A stretch of DNA of 38,576 nt from a virus: positions 1-38,576 of the IMG/VR virus record IMGVR_UViG_3300045988_131186; one strand, written 5' to 3'. Under the pieces are notes generated by a model. That model did no database searches. It was given only the letters and a program-made list of their open reading frames with translations, and had not been told where the DNA came from. How positions within the stretch are numbered: the first letter of the stretch is position 1; every line of letters begins with the position of its first letter. Shown piece after piece: positions 6,890 through 15,534 of this stretch. A program made the position numbers and the translations under genes.

Positions 6890-8833
6890 TTATTTCCCGC
6901 CAGAAATCTTTTTCCATATCCAAGAAAGCGCATATCGGACTACTAGCCACTCAATAGCTAATACTCCAAAGTCAAACCAAAAGCCCTTTGTTGATGGTTC
7001 TGAACCGATGTAACCATGAATCAATAGGTCGAATAGTAACGGCAATGTGCCGAATGATGCGATAAAAGCCGCCGGTCTTCCAAATAAAACCTGCAACACA
7101 GGCTTCAAAACTGTAAGGCTTGCGCGAAAGATAGATCCTATTACTCTGAACGGAAGCGGTGCACACTGACTGCGCATCTGTACCAACTTAGAACGCCCCC
7201 ACAACCGAACGCCAATGCGTTCTGCAGTTTCAACGGCGGCCGCAGTAAATTCCTGATTTGTCATCACAACAGGGGTTCGATTTCCATAATACGCAGCGCC
7301 GGAAAACGCCTCCTGTACTGCATGATTGCCCACTGGTGAAGTGTAGCGCTTGCACTGAATCGCATAGCTGTCCATGCCTTTCTGAGCAAGCACGTCAATG
7401 CCATAATCCCCGCTGGTTTGCGTCACTTTTACGTTGCGAAAACCGTTCGCCCGGAGAAGCGATGCACAAAAGTGCTCAAACTGCTCTCCCGTCATGCTAT
7501 CGCATGACTTTATTGTGGGAAGCAATGTGTAGCGCTTCTTTGGCTTGTTCTTTTCTGTTGTGTGACGATTCTCCGCGTAGCTTGGCGCATCAAAAGACGA
7601 CAATCGGGGAGGCGTCGAGTTTTCTTCTTCTCCAGGCAATGTCAACTGAGTGGCACAACGAGAGTTTTGCGATTCATCGCAATCGCCCGCTTCAACAGCC
7701 AATTGATTTTTGGGAACATCTTCATCCTGCGGTGACGCTTCGTTGTGCGATTCTTGCATTATCATCTCAATCCACTGCTGGCGAGTAATGAGCACTTGCC
7801 GGGGCTTCGAGCCTTCATATGGGCCGATAATGTGGAGTTGTTCCATTTCGTCCATGATGCGGGCTGCTCGTGCATAGCCCAATTTGAATCGCCTCTGCAG
7901 AAGGCTAGTAGACGCCTGTCCCACGTCGATGACAACCTCTACAACCGCTTTGAGCATTGGGTCTTGGCTATCATCATATTCCACTTCTTCACTCTGCACC
8001 GGCGCAGCATACCTATTAATCTCTTGAATAAAACTCTCACTATAATTTGCGGCTGATTTCCCTTTGATTTCTTCCAGCAAATTATCAATAGTGGAATCTT
8101 CTTTAAAAACTGTTTTTACCAGCGCACGCGGAAATACTCCAGCCGAGTAAAATATTGCTTCGCCTTCATTGAGGAGTTTTTCAGATACCGTACCTCCCAA
8201 AATTTTTTTGCTATCGCTCTTTTCGGGCATCCTAAAACATAACTTACTCGGGAACTGTGACAAAAAATTTTTGCCCGGTACACTTTGCGTGGTTAGCAGA
8301 AGATGTACTCCCGCCGATCTACCAGCCTGCGTAATGCGCTCTATGTAACCTTCTGCTTCATCTCTATGTGCCGTTAAAACAATATCAAAACTATCAGCTA
8401 TGACAAGAATATGAGGCATCAACTCGGCCCCAGAAACTTCGTTCACTGCCTCATTATAACTTTCAATGTTCCGTACTTTAATTTCGGCAAAAAGCTCATA
8501 CCTTTTTTCAATTTCTACAGCTAAAGCAGCAAGTACGCCAATTGCTTTCGTATAATCCTTTACGACAGGCATCAGCATATTTTCAACGCTGTCATATCCC
8601 GAGTACTCAACACCTTTGGGGTCGATTATTATAAGTTTAAGCAAATCGCCTGGACAAAGTTCAAGTAATTCCACTAAAGCGCTGCGCAGAAATGTAGACT
8701 TTCCGCTTCCAGATGCGCCGGCAATAAGCAGATGGGGAGAACGAGTAAATTCCCAATAAACCACCTGCTCAGGGCCATTGATGATTGTTCCAATGGGAAA
8801 CAGTAGGGGCGCGCGCTCCAATGTATGCTCCAT
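6890..8833 (-). CDS. Fusion protein: FtsK/SpoIIIE-type ATPase, FtsK-gamma wHTH, Mrr-type (PD-(D/E)xK) nuclease domain and C-terminal transmembrane helices
   Basis: 647 aa. RBS aaggagg. Walker A GASGSGKST (res 39-47), Walker B-like ILVIADSFD, HLLLTTQ, KLCFRM. Gamma domain DPMLKAVVEVVIDVGQASTSLLQRRFKLGYARAARIMDEMEQLHIIGPYEGSKPRQVLI (res 291-349). Mrr_cat-like SGDYGIDVLA...YAIQCKRY (res 474-497). Hydrophobic helices in res ~560-640. Confidence 0.85.
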   Translation of the reverse strand: MEHTLERAPLLFPIGTIINGPEQVVYWEFTRSPHLLIAGASGSGKSTFLRSALVELLELCPGDLLKLIIIDPKGVEYSGYDSVENMLMPVVKDYTKAIGVLAALAVEIEKRYELFAEIKVRNIESYNEAVNEVSGAELMPHILVIADSFDIVLTAHRDEAEGYIERITQAGRSAGVHLLLTTQSVPGKNFLSQFPSKLCFRMPEKSDSKKILGGTVSEKLLNEGEAIFYSAGVFPRALVKTVFKEDSTIDNLLEEIKGKSAANYSESFIQEINRYAAPVQSEEVEYDDSQDPMLKAVVEVVIDVGQASTSLLQRRFKLGYARAARIMDEMEQLHIIGPYEGSKPRQVLITRQQWIEMIMQESHNEASPQDEDVPKNQLAVEAGDCDESQNSRCATQLTLPGEEENSTPPRLSSFDAPSYAENRHTTEKNKPKKRYTLLPTIKSCDSMTGEQFEHFCASLLRANGFRNVKVTQTSGDYGIDVLAQKGMDSYAIQCKRYTSPVGNHAVQEAFSGAAYYGNRTPVVMTNQEFTAAAVETAERIGVRLWGRSKLVQMRSQCAPLPFRVIGSIFRASLTVLKPVLQVLFGRPAAFIASFGTLPLLFDLLIHGYIGSEPSTKGFWFDFGVLAIEWLVVRYALSWIWKKISGGK

Positions 8834-8854
8834 GTAGTGCGGCCTCCTTAAAAC

Positions 8855-9448
8855 TTAAACTGAAACCAAATAGGGGTTTTTGAGTTCTTCCTGTATGTAA
8901 GGCAAATAGCGGTGCACCAATTCCAGCTCCTGCTCACCCATGTGATACCAGCGCTTGCGCTGCATCTCCCCGATACGGTGCCGCGCTGCCGCGCCCGACA
9001 CCATAAACCAATCAGACACCTCATGCTGCACCAGCCATCCATTCCGGCTCCACAGCTCCATCATAATGCATTCAGGCATCAGCAGCTGCGCAGCAAACCA
9101 GTCCGCTTCATTTTCCTGCTGAACGCCACGCTGCTTATGGCCAAGGTAAACATGTCCCAACTCATGTGCAATTGTAAAACGGCGGCGGCCAACGGGCAGA
9201 GCATGGTTATAAAGAACAAGACATCCCGGCCCTACGGGCACGCTGGTACCGTCCAAAAACTGTCCTCGGCTTTTAAATTCCGAGAGAGGCATTCCCGTTT
9301 TTGAACAATATCCCTGTATTGTATCCATCAGAATCGAAGCGCCTGCGAACACCATGCCCTGTAAATCAGTAGCCAACGAATTGATGTTCTGCTGAAGTAA
9401 AAGCCATGTAGCTACGCATTGCGCATCAGCGATAGTCATCCGGGTCAA
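8855..9448 (-). CDS. ImmA/IrrE-family zinc metallopeptidase (anti-repressor protease)
   Basis: 197 aa. HEXXH motif in FTIAHELGHVYLGH. Overlaps the upstream XRE repressor gene, which is the classic ImmR/ImmA pairing. Confidence 0.85.
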   Translation of the reverse strand: MTRMTIADAQCVATWLLLQQNINSLATDLQGMVFAGASILMDTIQGYCSKTGMPLSEFKSRGQFLDGTSVPVGPGCLVLYNHALPVGRRRFTIAHELGHVYLGHKQRGVQQENEADWFAAQLLMPECIMMELWSRNGWLVQHEVSDWFMVSGAAARHRIGEMQRKRWYHMGEQELELVHRYLPYIQEELKNPYLVSV

Positions 9449-9812
9449 GCCCCCGTGCTCTCAAATATATATCAAGGGTATCCTCAAAGTTTTTCACAAG
9501 CCGATTGTAATCTTCTTCAGGCAATTGCGACGCCATGCGCGTCAAAACCACTATATCCCGTTGCCGTGCATCCTGCGCGGTGGCGGGATTATTTTTTTTG
9601 CCTTCTGACGGATCATCTGTTTCTCCCAGCAGATAAGCGGGGGTTGTGTGGAGTGCGGAAGCCCAAGTTTCAACGGCATCCAGAGGAATCGCTATCCCCT
9701 TGTTTTGACTATCTGCAATATACGAGTTCTTCTTTCCGACGATATTACACAAGTGCGTAATGGTCATTCCTTGTTTTTTTGCAAGGGCTCTTAATCTGTC
9801 GAAATTGAACAT
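9426..9812 (-). CDS. XRE/CI-like HTH repressor
   Basis: 128 aa from ATG 9812; the ORF track extends to 9836. N-terminal HTH_3-type helix-turn-helix (LRALAKKQGMTITHLCNIVGKKNSYIADSQNKG). Divergent from the early operon. Confidence 0.85.
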   Translation of the reverse strand: MFNFDRLRALAKKQGMTITHLCNIVGKKNSYIADSQNKGIAIPLDAVETWASALHTTPAYLLGETDDPSEGKKNNPATAQDARQRDIVVLTRMASQLPEEDYNRLVKNFEDTLDIYLRARGLDPDDYR

Positions 9813-9847
9813 AATTACCCACCAATCATTGTACAATGCAACAAATA

Positions 9848-9893
9848 TCTAGCTTATCCTAGAATAACTCTTGAAATTCTAGGTTTTGCTAGA
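9848..9893. promoter_or_regulatory. Two operator-like palindromes, TCTAG-N6-CTAGA (O1 9848-9863, O2 9878-9893)
   Basis: tctagcttatcctaga and tctaggttttgctaga have centres 30 bp apart. Four CTAG tetramers fall within 46 bp of the repressor/early-gene intergenic region. O2 fills the spacer of the rightward promoter. Confidence 0.6.
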
Positions 9894-9899
9894 TATACT
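9871..9899 (+). promoter_or_regulatory. Early rightward promoter (TTGAAA-17 nt-TATACT)
   Basis: Near-consensus sigma-A/sigma-70 hexamers with a 17-nt spacer, pointing towards the early genes. Confidence 0.6.
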
Positions 9900-10087
9900 A
9901 AGAATGTCCCCTCAAAAAGGGAACAAAAAACCAGCCTTACATGGAGTATGCCCCAAGAAAAGGTGTTTTGCGTATTAAATTGAATGTAGCAACTTCAAAT
10001 TACCACAAAACGCCAAAAAAAGCAAGGCATACTCCATGAAAAGGCAACAAAAAAGCCGAAAAAATCGACATTTAAGGAGGTGGAACA

Positions 10088-10285
10088 ATGCCCCTGCACA
10101 CCGTAGAGGAGGCCGCAGAATTGATGAAGGTCTCCCCCGACACTGTCCGGGAGTGGGTACGCAGCGGCCGCCTGCGGGCCAGCAAGTTGGCAGGCTCAAA
10201 AACGCTGCGAATCAGCACGGATGACATCATGGCGTTTTACGATGCAAATGAAACCCGGGCCAAAGAAGAAAAAACACATGCTTAA
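10088..10285 (+). CDS. Excisionase-family (MerR-like HTH_17) DNA-binding protein; Cro-like or recombination directionality factor candidate
   Basis: 65 aa. RBS aaggagg. The motif HTVEEAAELMKVSPDTVREWVRSGRLRASKLAG...RISTDDI is typical of the excisionase-type HTH. It is the first gene of the early operon. Confidence 0.75.
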   Translation: MPLHTVEEAAELMKVSPDTVREWVRSGRLRASKLAGSKTLRISTDDIMAFYDANETRAKEEKTHA

Positions 10286-10297
10286 AAGGAGGATATC

Positions 10298-10489
10298 ATG
10301 CGCCTGATCGTCAGCCGGGAAACCGGAGAAATATTGGACGTTCTGGAGCCTGCCTCCGCCGCAGATTATGCCGCGTTTCATCAGTTTCTCGCCGATCAGG
10401 TACGCCGTGAGATTTTGCGAATCGGCCGGGAACATTTGGATGGCATTTGCAGGAAAGCGAGGGTAGCACATGAATCATCTGATACTTAG
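10298..10489 (+). CDS. Hypothetical early protein
   Basis: 63 aa. RBS aaggagg. No motif recognised. Confidence 0.5.
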   Translation: MRLIVSRETGEILDVLEPASAADYAAFHQFLADQVRREILRIGREHLDGICRKARVAHESSDT

Positions 10490-10736
10490 AATGACTGCCG
10501 TAACCGCGGCGATTCTTTCCATTGCCGTTTTAGATGGTATTGTGAGCGGACAGACGGCCCCCTGGACAGGATTGTTCACCGTCGCGGCGCTGCTCGGCAT
10601 TGCAGCATGGAGCTACAGCAAACAGACAAAAAGAGAGGCGCCCGCCCGTGCTGCGAACACGGACAAGCGCCAGGCGGTCAAGTTGAACCCTACGACCGCC
10701 TCCATTGTAACACATCAAGGAGGTATACATCAATGA
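10470..10736 (+). CDS. Small membrane protein (two predicted TM helices)
   Basis: 88 aa. Hydrophobic segments AVTAAILSIAVLDGIV and LFTVAALLGIAAW. Overlaps both neighbouring genes. Confidence 0.55.
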   Translation: MNHLILRMTAVTAAILSIAVLDGIVSGQTAPWTGLFTVAALLGIAAWSYSKQTKREAPARAANTDKRQAVKLNPTTASIVTHQGGIHQ

Positions 10737-11059
10737 GAGTTATTACATTACGCCCGGGCGAGGCCCCGAAATTCAACGAAATCCCGGCACTTCTAGACAC
10801 CACCGAAGCGATGCAGCACTTTTGTGGCGGTGATATCTACGAAAACAGAATCGGTTCCAGCGGAATTTTTGCCATCACCAGCGGCGAGATATCGCCCGAA
10901 GATATGCCGATATCGTGCATGATCCCGGAAATGGACATGCTCCTGCGCGGGCCGGTCGTGTTCTGCAGGCGCTGCGGCCATGAGCTTGCAGCAGTGTATG
11001 AGGACGATTTAAAGGCCGTGAAGAAGTCCATCGTCCTGCCCGGGGGTGACTGGTTTTGA
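10733..11059 (+). CDS. DUF3846-like early protein
   Basis: 108 aa from ATG 10733 (ATGA overlap, RBS aaggagg). The pattern MRVITLRPGEAPKFNEI...MQHFCGGDI...ISCMIPEMD...GPVVFC matches the DUF3846 layout seen on phages and plasmids (recalled). Confidence 0.55.
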   Translation: MRVITLRPGEAPKFNEIPALLDTTEAMQHFCGGDIYENRIGSSGIFAITSGEISPEDMPISCMIPEMDMLLRGPVVFCRRCGHELAAVYEDDLKAVKKSIVLPGGDWF

Positions 11060-13266
11060 ACCGATACCTCTGCAAGTGCGGCCGGCCGGTAAATAAAAGC
11101 ACAAATGCCGACAACACGGGGAACCGGGAGACAGATGGCTGCGAGGGCTGTCCGTACCTGATGCCTTGGGGGCCGACGCAATGGGATACCACCCGGCATG
11201 CAGTCGTTACCGACGTAAAAGGGTATGAATGCCGCATGTCGCCAACTTTGGAATACCGTACGGAATTACGCGGCCATCTTGACGATAAAACGACCATCCG
11301 AATCACAAGCCTGGATTTTGATTTTCTTGAACGTGTGAGCGATTGGGTAAAAGAGCATTATCCAAATGGCGAGCTTTACGGCGGCTTCTCCCGGGACCGC
11401 ATCCGGGCTGTGGAATATGTAGACGAAGGACGGTATCGGTATACGCTTGCCTGCTCGCAAAACAAAAAGGGAATTGCTGCGAAGCGTGCCCTATGGGCTG
11501 AATTTTTCGATGAAACCTTTCACCGAAAAGACATGGACGCCGATGCAGAAAAGCAAAAAATTCTGCGCGATATCGAGCAGGGGAAGGCAGCGGCACGCGA
11601 AGGCGCCGCCGCGCCCGATAAGGAGGAAAACACTATGCTGATATACAGAGACCCAGCCACGGGTTGGCTGTACCGGGTAAGCCCGCAACCGGAACACGGC
11701 TCATATGTGATGCAGTACCGCGACCCTGCGAACAGCGCCACCTGGAAATGGTGTGCGAATTGGAATATCGGAAACATCTATCGCGAAAGCCTGGAGGAAG
11801 TTTTGGAGGCCCGTGCGAAACGCGACGGCTGGGAGCTGGTGTCCGGTCCGGCGGGCATCGAGCCGCCGGAGGTTGTGGAGGGGAGTGGTGAAGAGAAAGA
11901 CACTCCTGTTTTTCCTGAACGTCCTAAAAAAACAACAAAAACCCAGAAGTTGAACCTGCGCTGCCTCTGCGTCACCTGCAAACGCGAGGGATGTTGTGGC
12001 CATGAGTGCAAAAAGGAATGCCCATCTAATGCCGATGACACTTGCTTTACTCCACAATGCCCTGAATATTCGGCGATACGAATAAGAGATGAGGAAATGG
12101 AAAAATGCAACAATCAACCTGCCCCGAATGGGGATGCTGCTGCGACCACGTCCGGGAGTGCTGCGCCGGAGGCGGCGGAAACATCGACCACCCCGATGGA
12201 TGCAAACACCTTGCCGGCCCCCGGCTACCCTGCGGATGCTGGCAGTGCGACACAAAGCCTGTCCGCTGCTGGGCCTGTCTCTTTGGAAGCGGAGCCGGAG
12301 GCCACGCCCTTTGACTACTCCGGGCTGGATACACAGACGGTGGACCAGCTGGTGGATATCACTGGAGAATTTCAACGTCATAGAAATAACAGCATGCGAG
12401 AATACATTCAAGCATGCATTGCGGTATCAAATGCGCACGAACTTTTAGCTGCACACTATGGTGGAAAATGGGGAGAGTGGTGCAAATCCCAAGGTTTGAG
12501 TGAGGGTAGCGCCCGCAACATGCTCAATATTGGACGCGCCGTTTTAGGTTCCGCAACTGTTGCGGAACTCTCTGAAAGCGGTGAAATCGGAAAACGGTTG
12601 TTACAGCTCATTTCTGATCCAAAGGCTCCAACTGCTTTGGTTGAAAAGGTCGAAAAACGCGAAATTACTACAGCCGCTCAGTTTCAGCGAGAGCGAGAGG
12701 AGCTGGAGGCCCAGCTGAAAGCCGAACGCGAGGCGCGAGAGAAGGCCGTCGCGGAAGCGGAAAGCCTGCGCTACGCCAATGATGCGCTGCGCGACGAAGC
12801 TGCCACAGCCCGGGCACAGGCAAAGCATGCGCAGGAAAAAGCCGACGCGCTGGAAACAAGGCCGGTGATGAGCGAGCTGTTCGATGCCAAGGAGCGCATC
12901 AAGGAATTGGAAGCCCGTCCTGTGGAGGTAGCTGTCCAAGAGCCAGACCCCGCCGAAGTGGAACGTCGAGCCGGTGAAAAAGCCCGGGAAATGACGGCCA
13001 TGCTGCAAGCGCAAGTGCGTGGCATGCAGGAAGATCTGGACGACGCACGGAAAATCATTGACAGTGCAGAGAGCGCCACATATATGGCGGCAGCGGAATT
13101 TGCAGTAAATGCTGCGCAGGTACTGAACGGCATTCGGGCCTCGTTTTGGGCAGTTGCGAAAGAACTTTCCGATGAAGATTTTTCAAGCGCCGCGGCGCCG
13201 CTTCTTGAAGCTGCAAACCGCATCGTGGATTGCGAATGGGATGATGACGAGGAGGAACAAGAATGA
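11056..13266 (+). CDS. Large multidomain early protein: N-terminal CxC..CxxC zinc-ribbon, Cys-rich insert, DUF3102-like HTH region and long coiled coil
   Basis: 736 aa. The TTG start overlaps the previous stop. Motifs: CKCG...CEGCP; CLCVTCKREGCCGHECKKECP...CFTPQCPEY; AHELLAAHYGGKWGEWCKSQGLSEGSARNMLNIGRAV (DUF3102-like). The C-terminus is E/A/R-rich coiled coil with an acidic tail. Confidence 0.7.
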   Translation: MNRYLCKCGRPVNKSTNADNTGNRETDGCEGCPYLMPWGPTQWDTTRHAVVTDVKGYECRMSPTLEYRTELRGHLDDKTTIRITSLDFDFLERVSDWVKEHYPNGELYGGFSRDRIRAVEYVDEGRYRYTLACSQNKKGIAAKRALWAEFFDETFHRKDMDADAEKQKILRDIEQGKAAAREGAAAPDKEENTMLIYRDPATGWLYRVSPQPEHGSYVMQYRDPANSATWKWCANWNIGNIYRESLEEVLEARAKRDGWELVSGPAGIEPPEVVEGSGEEKDTPVFPERPKKTTKTQKLNLRCLCVTCKREGCCGHECKKECPSNADDTCFTPQCPEYSAIRIRDEEMEKCNNQPAPNGDAAATTSGSAAPEAAETSTTPMDANTLPAPGYPADAGSATQSLSAAGPVSLEAEPEATPFDYSGLDTQTVDQLVDITGEFQRHRNNSMREYIQACIAVSNAHELLAAHYGGKWGEWCKSQGLSEGSARNMLNIGRAVLGSATVAELSESGEIGKRLLQLISDPKAPTALVEKVEKREITTAAQFQREREELEAQLKAEREAREKAVAEAESLRYANDALRDEAATARAQAKHAQEKADALETRPVMSELFDAKERIKELEARPVEVAVQEPDPAEVERRAGEKAREMTAMLQAQVRGMQEDLDDARKIIDSAESATYMAAAEFAVNAAQVLNGIRASFWAVAKELSDEDFSSAAAPLLEAANRIVDCEWDDDEEEQE

Positions 13267-13565
13267 GCACTATTATCAAAACAAATTATGTCGCTGTGCA
13301 GCTCGCTGACCGAAGCCAGCCCGGCATATACAGCGGTCGTGAATATACGTATATTGCGGACAAAAGGCTTGCTGTGGACGATATCGTCTATGCAGACACA
13401 CGCCTGGGCGGTACTTTGGCCAAAGTCGTGGCGGTGGACGTGCAGGAACACACGATTGATCCGAAAATCCGCCCGCTGCTGAAACACATCACCGACGGCC
13501 CGCTGCCGCCGGATAAGGTTCCTCAGCCACGTCCTCAAGCGGTCACGCAAATGACGCTTGGTTGA
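13263..13565 (+). CDS. Hypothetical protein
   Basis: 100 aa. ATGA overlap with the previous gene and RBS gaggagg. Confidence 0.6.
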   Translation: MSTIIKTNYVAVQLADRSQPGIYSGREYTYIADKRLAVDDIVYADTRLGGTLAKVVAVDVQEHTIDPKIRPLLKHITDGPLPPDKVPQPRPQAVTQMTLG

Positions 13566-13575
13566 AAAGGGGTGA

Positions 13576-15534
13576 ATGATGTTGAAAGTTGTGAAACTGC
13601 TGAAGCTGTATGTCGAAAATTTTCGCGGCATAAAGAATTTTGTACTTACTCCCGACGGGCGCAGCGCCACAGTACAGGGGGGCAATGGGACGGGAAAAAG
13701 CACGTTGATGGCTGCTTTTCTCTGGCTCTTGACCGGTAAGGACGCACAAGGCCGTGAAAATTACAACGTGTTTCCGCTGGGAACAGATGGGAACCGCCTG
13801 TCCGGCTGCAGCCCTACGGTGACAGCTACTCTCTCAATGCCGGACGGGCACACGCTCATTCTGCAGCGTTCCATATGCGAACGCTGGACGAAACGTCGAG
13901 GAAGCGCCGAGACGGAATATAACGGCGACGAGACGCGCTATTTCATCGACGAAGTTCCCGTGAGTGCAGGGGAATATAGCTCCGCCATTTTTGGTGTGTT
14001 CCCGGAAAAGTTGCTTCCGCTGCTGCTCAATGCAGTCTGGTTCTCGGAGCAGACAAAGGACTATAAAGAGCGGCGGCGCCTTCTGCTGGAGCAGTTCGGC
14101 AGCCTGCAGCCGGCGGACGTATTTACTGCCAATCCAGAGCTTTCCGACCTGGAAAGCATGCTGGGGACGCATTCCGTGGATGAATTTTCCCGAATCTGCA
14201 CAGAACGCCGTAAGCGGTATAAGGATTCCCTGTCGGCATTACCCGCGCGCATCGACGAAAACCGAAAGCAACTGCACCCCGTATCCGATGCCAGGGCCGT
14301 CAAAAACGAGCGCAGCAAGCTCAATGTTGAAATCGCCAAACTGCAGTATGAGATTGAGCACACGACGGCGGACGCTGTACAGCGGCATAACCAGCAGGAA
14401 CTCGAAAAAGTACAGCAGTATTTGGAGATGATCCCCAATAAGCGTCGTGTGTTGGAATCGTCCAGTAATGCGGGATGGCTGGAAGAGCACAACCGTCGTA
14501 TTGATGACGCTGCCCGTGGAAAACAAAATGCAATGTGCCGGGTGGAAACACTTGCTGCGGAACTTCGCTCGCTGAATCGGGAGCGGGACCTCCTGGCTGC
14601 TGAACGTGACCGTCTGCGGGTTGAATGGGTGGAAGTGAACAGGACCGTGCCTGACATTGCGCAGACATGCCCGACCTGCGGACAGGCATTGCCTGCGGAA
14701 CTGGTGCAGGAGGCGCAGGAGAATTTTAACGTTTCCAAATCTGAACGGTTGTCGGATATCGCAGCCAAGGGTGCAAAAGCCACTCAGGACGTGGAAACAA
14801 TGGAGAAAAAAGCGGCACGCTTGCGCGAGGAACTGGATACATGCGAACGCGCGGCCAGGGCGGCAGCTGCGGCCTATGATATGGTGATCGCAGAGAAGCC
14901 TCCTGTAACACAGATGGGACTTTTCGCGGAACTGGATGCGGAGGAAAAGGAGCTGAAAGCCAGAGCTGAAGAATTGCGGCAAGCAATCCAAGCCAGCGCC
15001 CAAGCGGCCGAGCAGGTTGTTCAGGAAAAGCGCCAGAAACTGGCAGACATGCAGGCTCAATCCGATGCAATGACCTCACGGCTGGCGGAAATCGAACGCA
15101 ATGCGGCTCTCGAAACCCGTATCCAGGAGCTTGAAGCAGAACAGCGTGACACTCTTCATCAATTGGAGGAAGCGGAGCGCGGGCTGTCTATGTGCGAGGA
15201 ATATACCCGCACGCTGGTGACACTTCTGACCGAGCGCGTCAACAAGCATTTTCCCACGGTGCGCTTCAAACTGTTTGAGCAGCAGAAAAACGGCGGTCTG
15301 CGAGAGGTCTGCGAGGCAATGGTGGACGGCGTTCCTTACGGCGCTCTGAATACCGCGTCCAAAATGCAGGCGAACGTGGAAATCGTGCAGGCATTCAGCC
15401 GGGCGGCGGACATTTCGCTGCCGCTGTTCCTGGATAACCGGGAGAGCGTTACCGATTTAACGCTGCCGGATGAAATACAGGTCATCAATTTGAATGTGAG
15501 CCCCGGCGAAAAACTGGGGCTGAAAGGGGATTAA
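13576..15534 (+). CDS. SbcC/Rad50-like AAA ATPase with a CxxC zinc hook
   Basis: 652 aa. N-terminal P-loop NFRGIK...GGNGTGKST, long coiled coils, a central CPTCGQ (nt 14668-14679) and a C-terminal signature/D-loop region (LPLFLDNRESV). Confidence 0.8.
   Translation: MMLKVVKLLKLYVENFRGIKNFVLTPDGRSATVQGGNGTGKSTLMAAFLWLLTGKDAQGRENYNVFPLGTDGNRLSGCSPTVTATLSMPDGHTLILQRSICERWTKRRGSAETEYNGDETRYFIDEVPVSAGEYSSAIFGVFPEKLLPLLLNAVWFSEQTKDYKERRRLLLEQFGSLQPADVFTANPELSDLESMLGTHSVDEFSRICTERRKRYKDSLSALPARIDENRKQLHPVSDARAVKNERSKLNVEIAKLQYEIEHTTADAVQRHNQQELEKVQQYLEMIPNKRRVLESSSNAGWLEEHNRRIDDAARGKQNAMCRVETLAAELRSLNRERDLLAAERDRLRVEWVEVNRTVPDIAQTCPTCGQALPAELVQEAQENFNVSKSERLSDIAAKGAKATQDVETMEKKAARLREELDTCERAARAAAAAYDMVIAEKPPVTQMGLFAELDAEEKELKARAEELRQAIQASAQAAEQVVQEKRQKLADMQAQSDAMTSRLAEIERNAALETRIQELEAEQRDTLHQLEEAERGLSMCEEYTRTLVTLLTERVNKHFPTVRFKLFEQQKNGGLREVCEAMVDGVPYGALNTASKMQANVEIVQAFSRAADISLPLFLDNRESVTDLTLPDEIQVINLNVSPGEKLGLKGD

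Noticed and set aside
10036-10224. A 62-aa ORF overlapping the excisionase-like gene
   Set aside because: It is an extremely basic, low-complexity frame with no RBS. The overlapping frame at 10088 has a perfect aaggagg RBS and a recognisable HTH.
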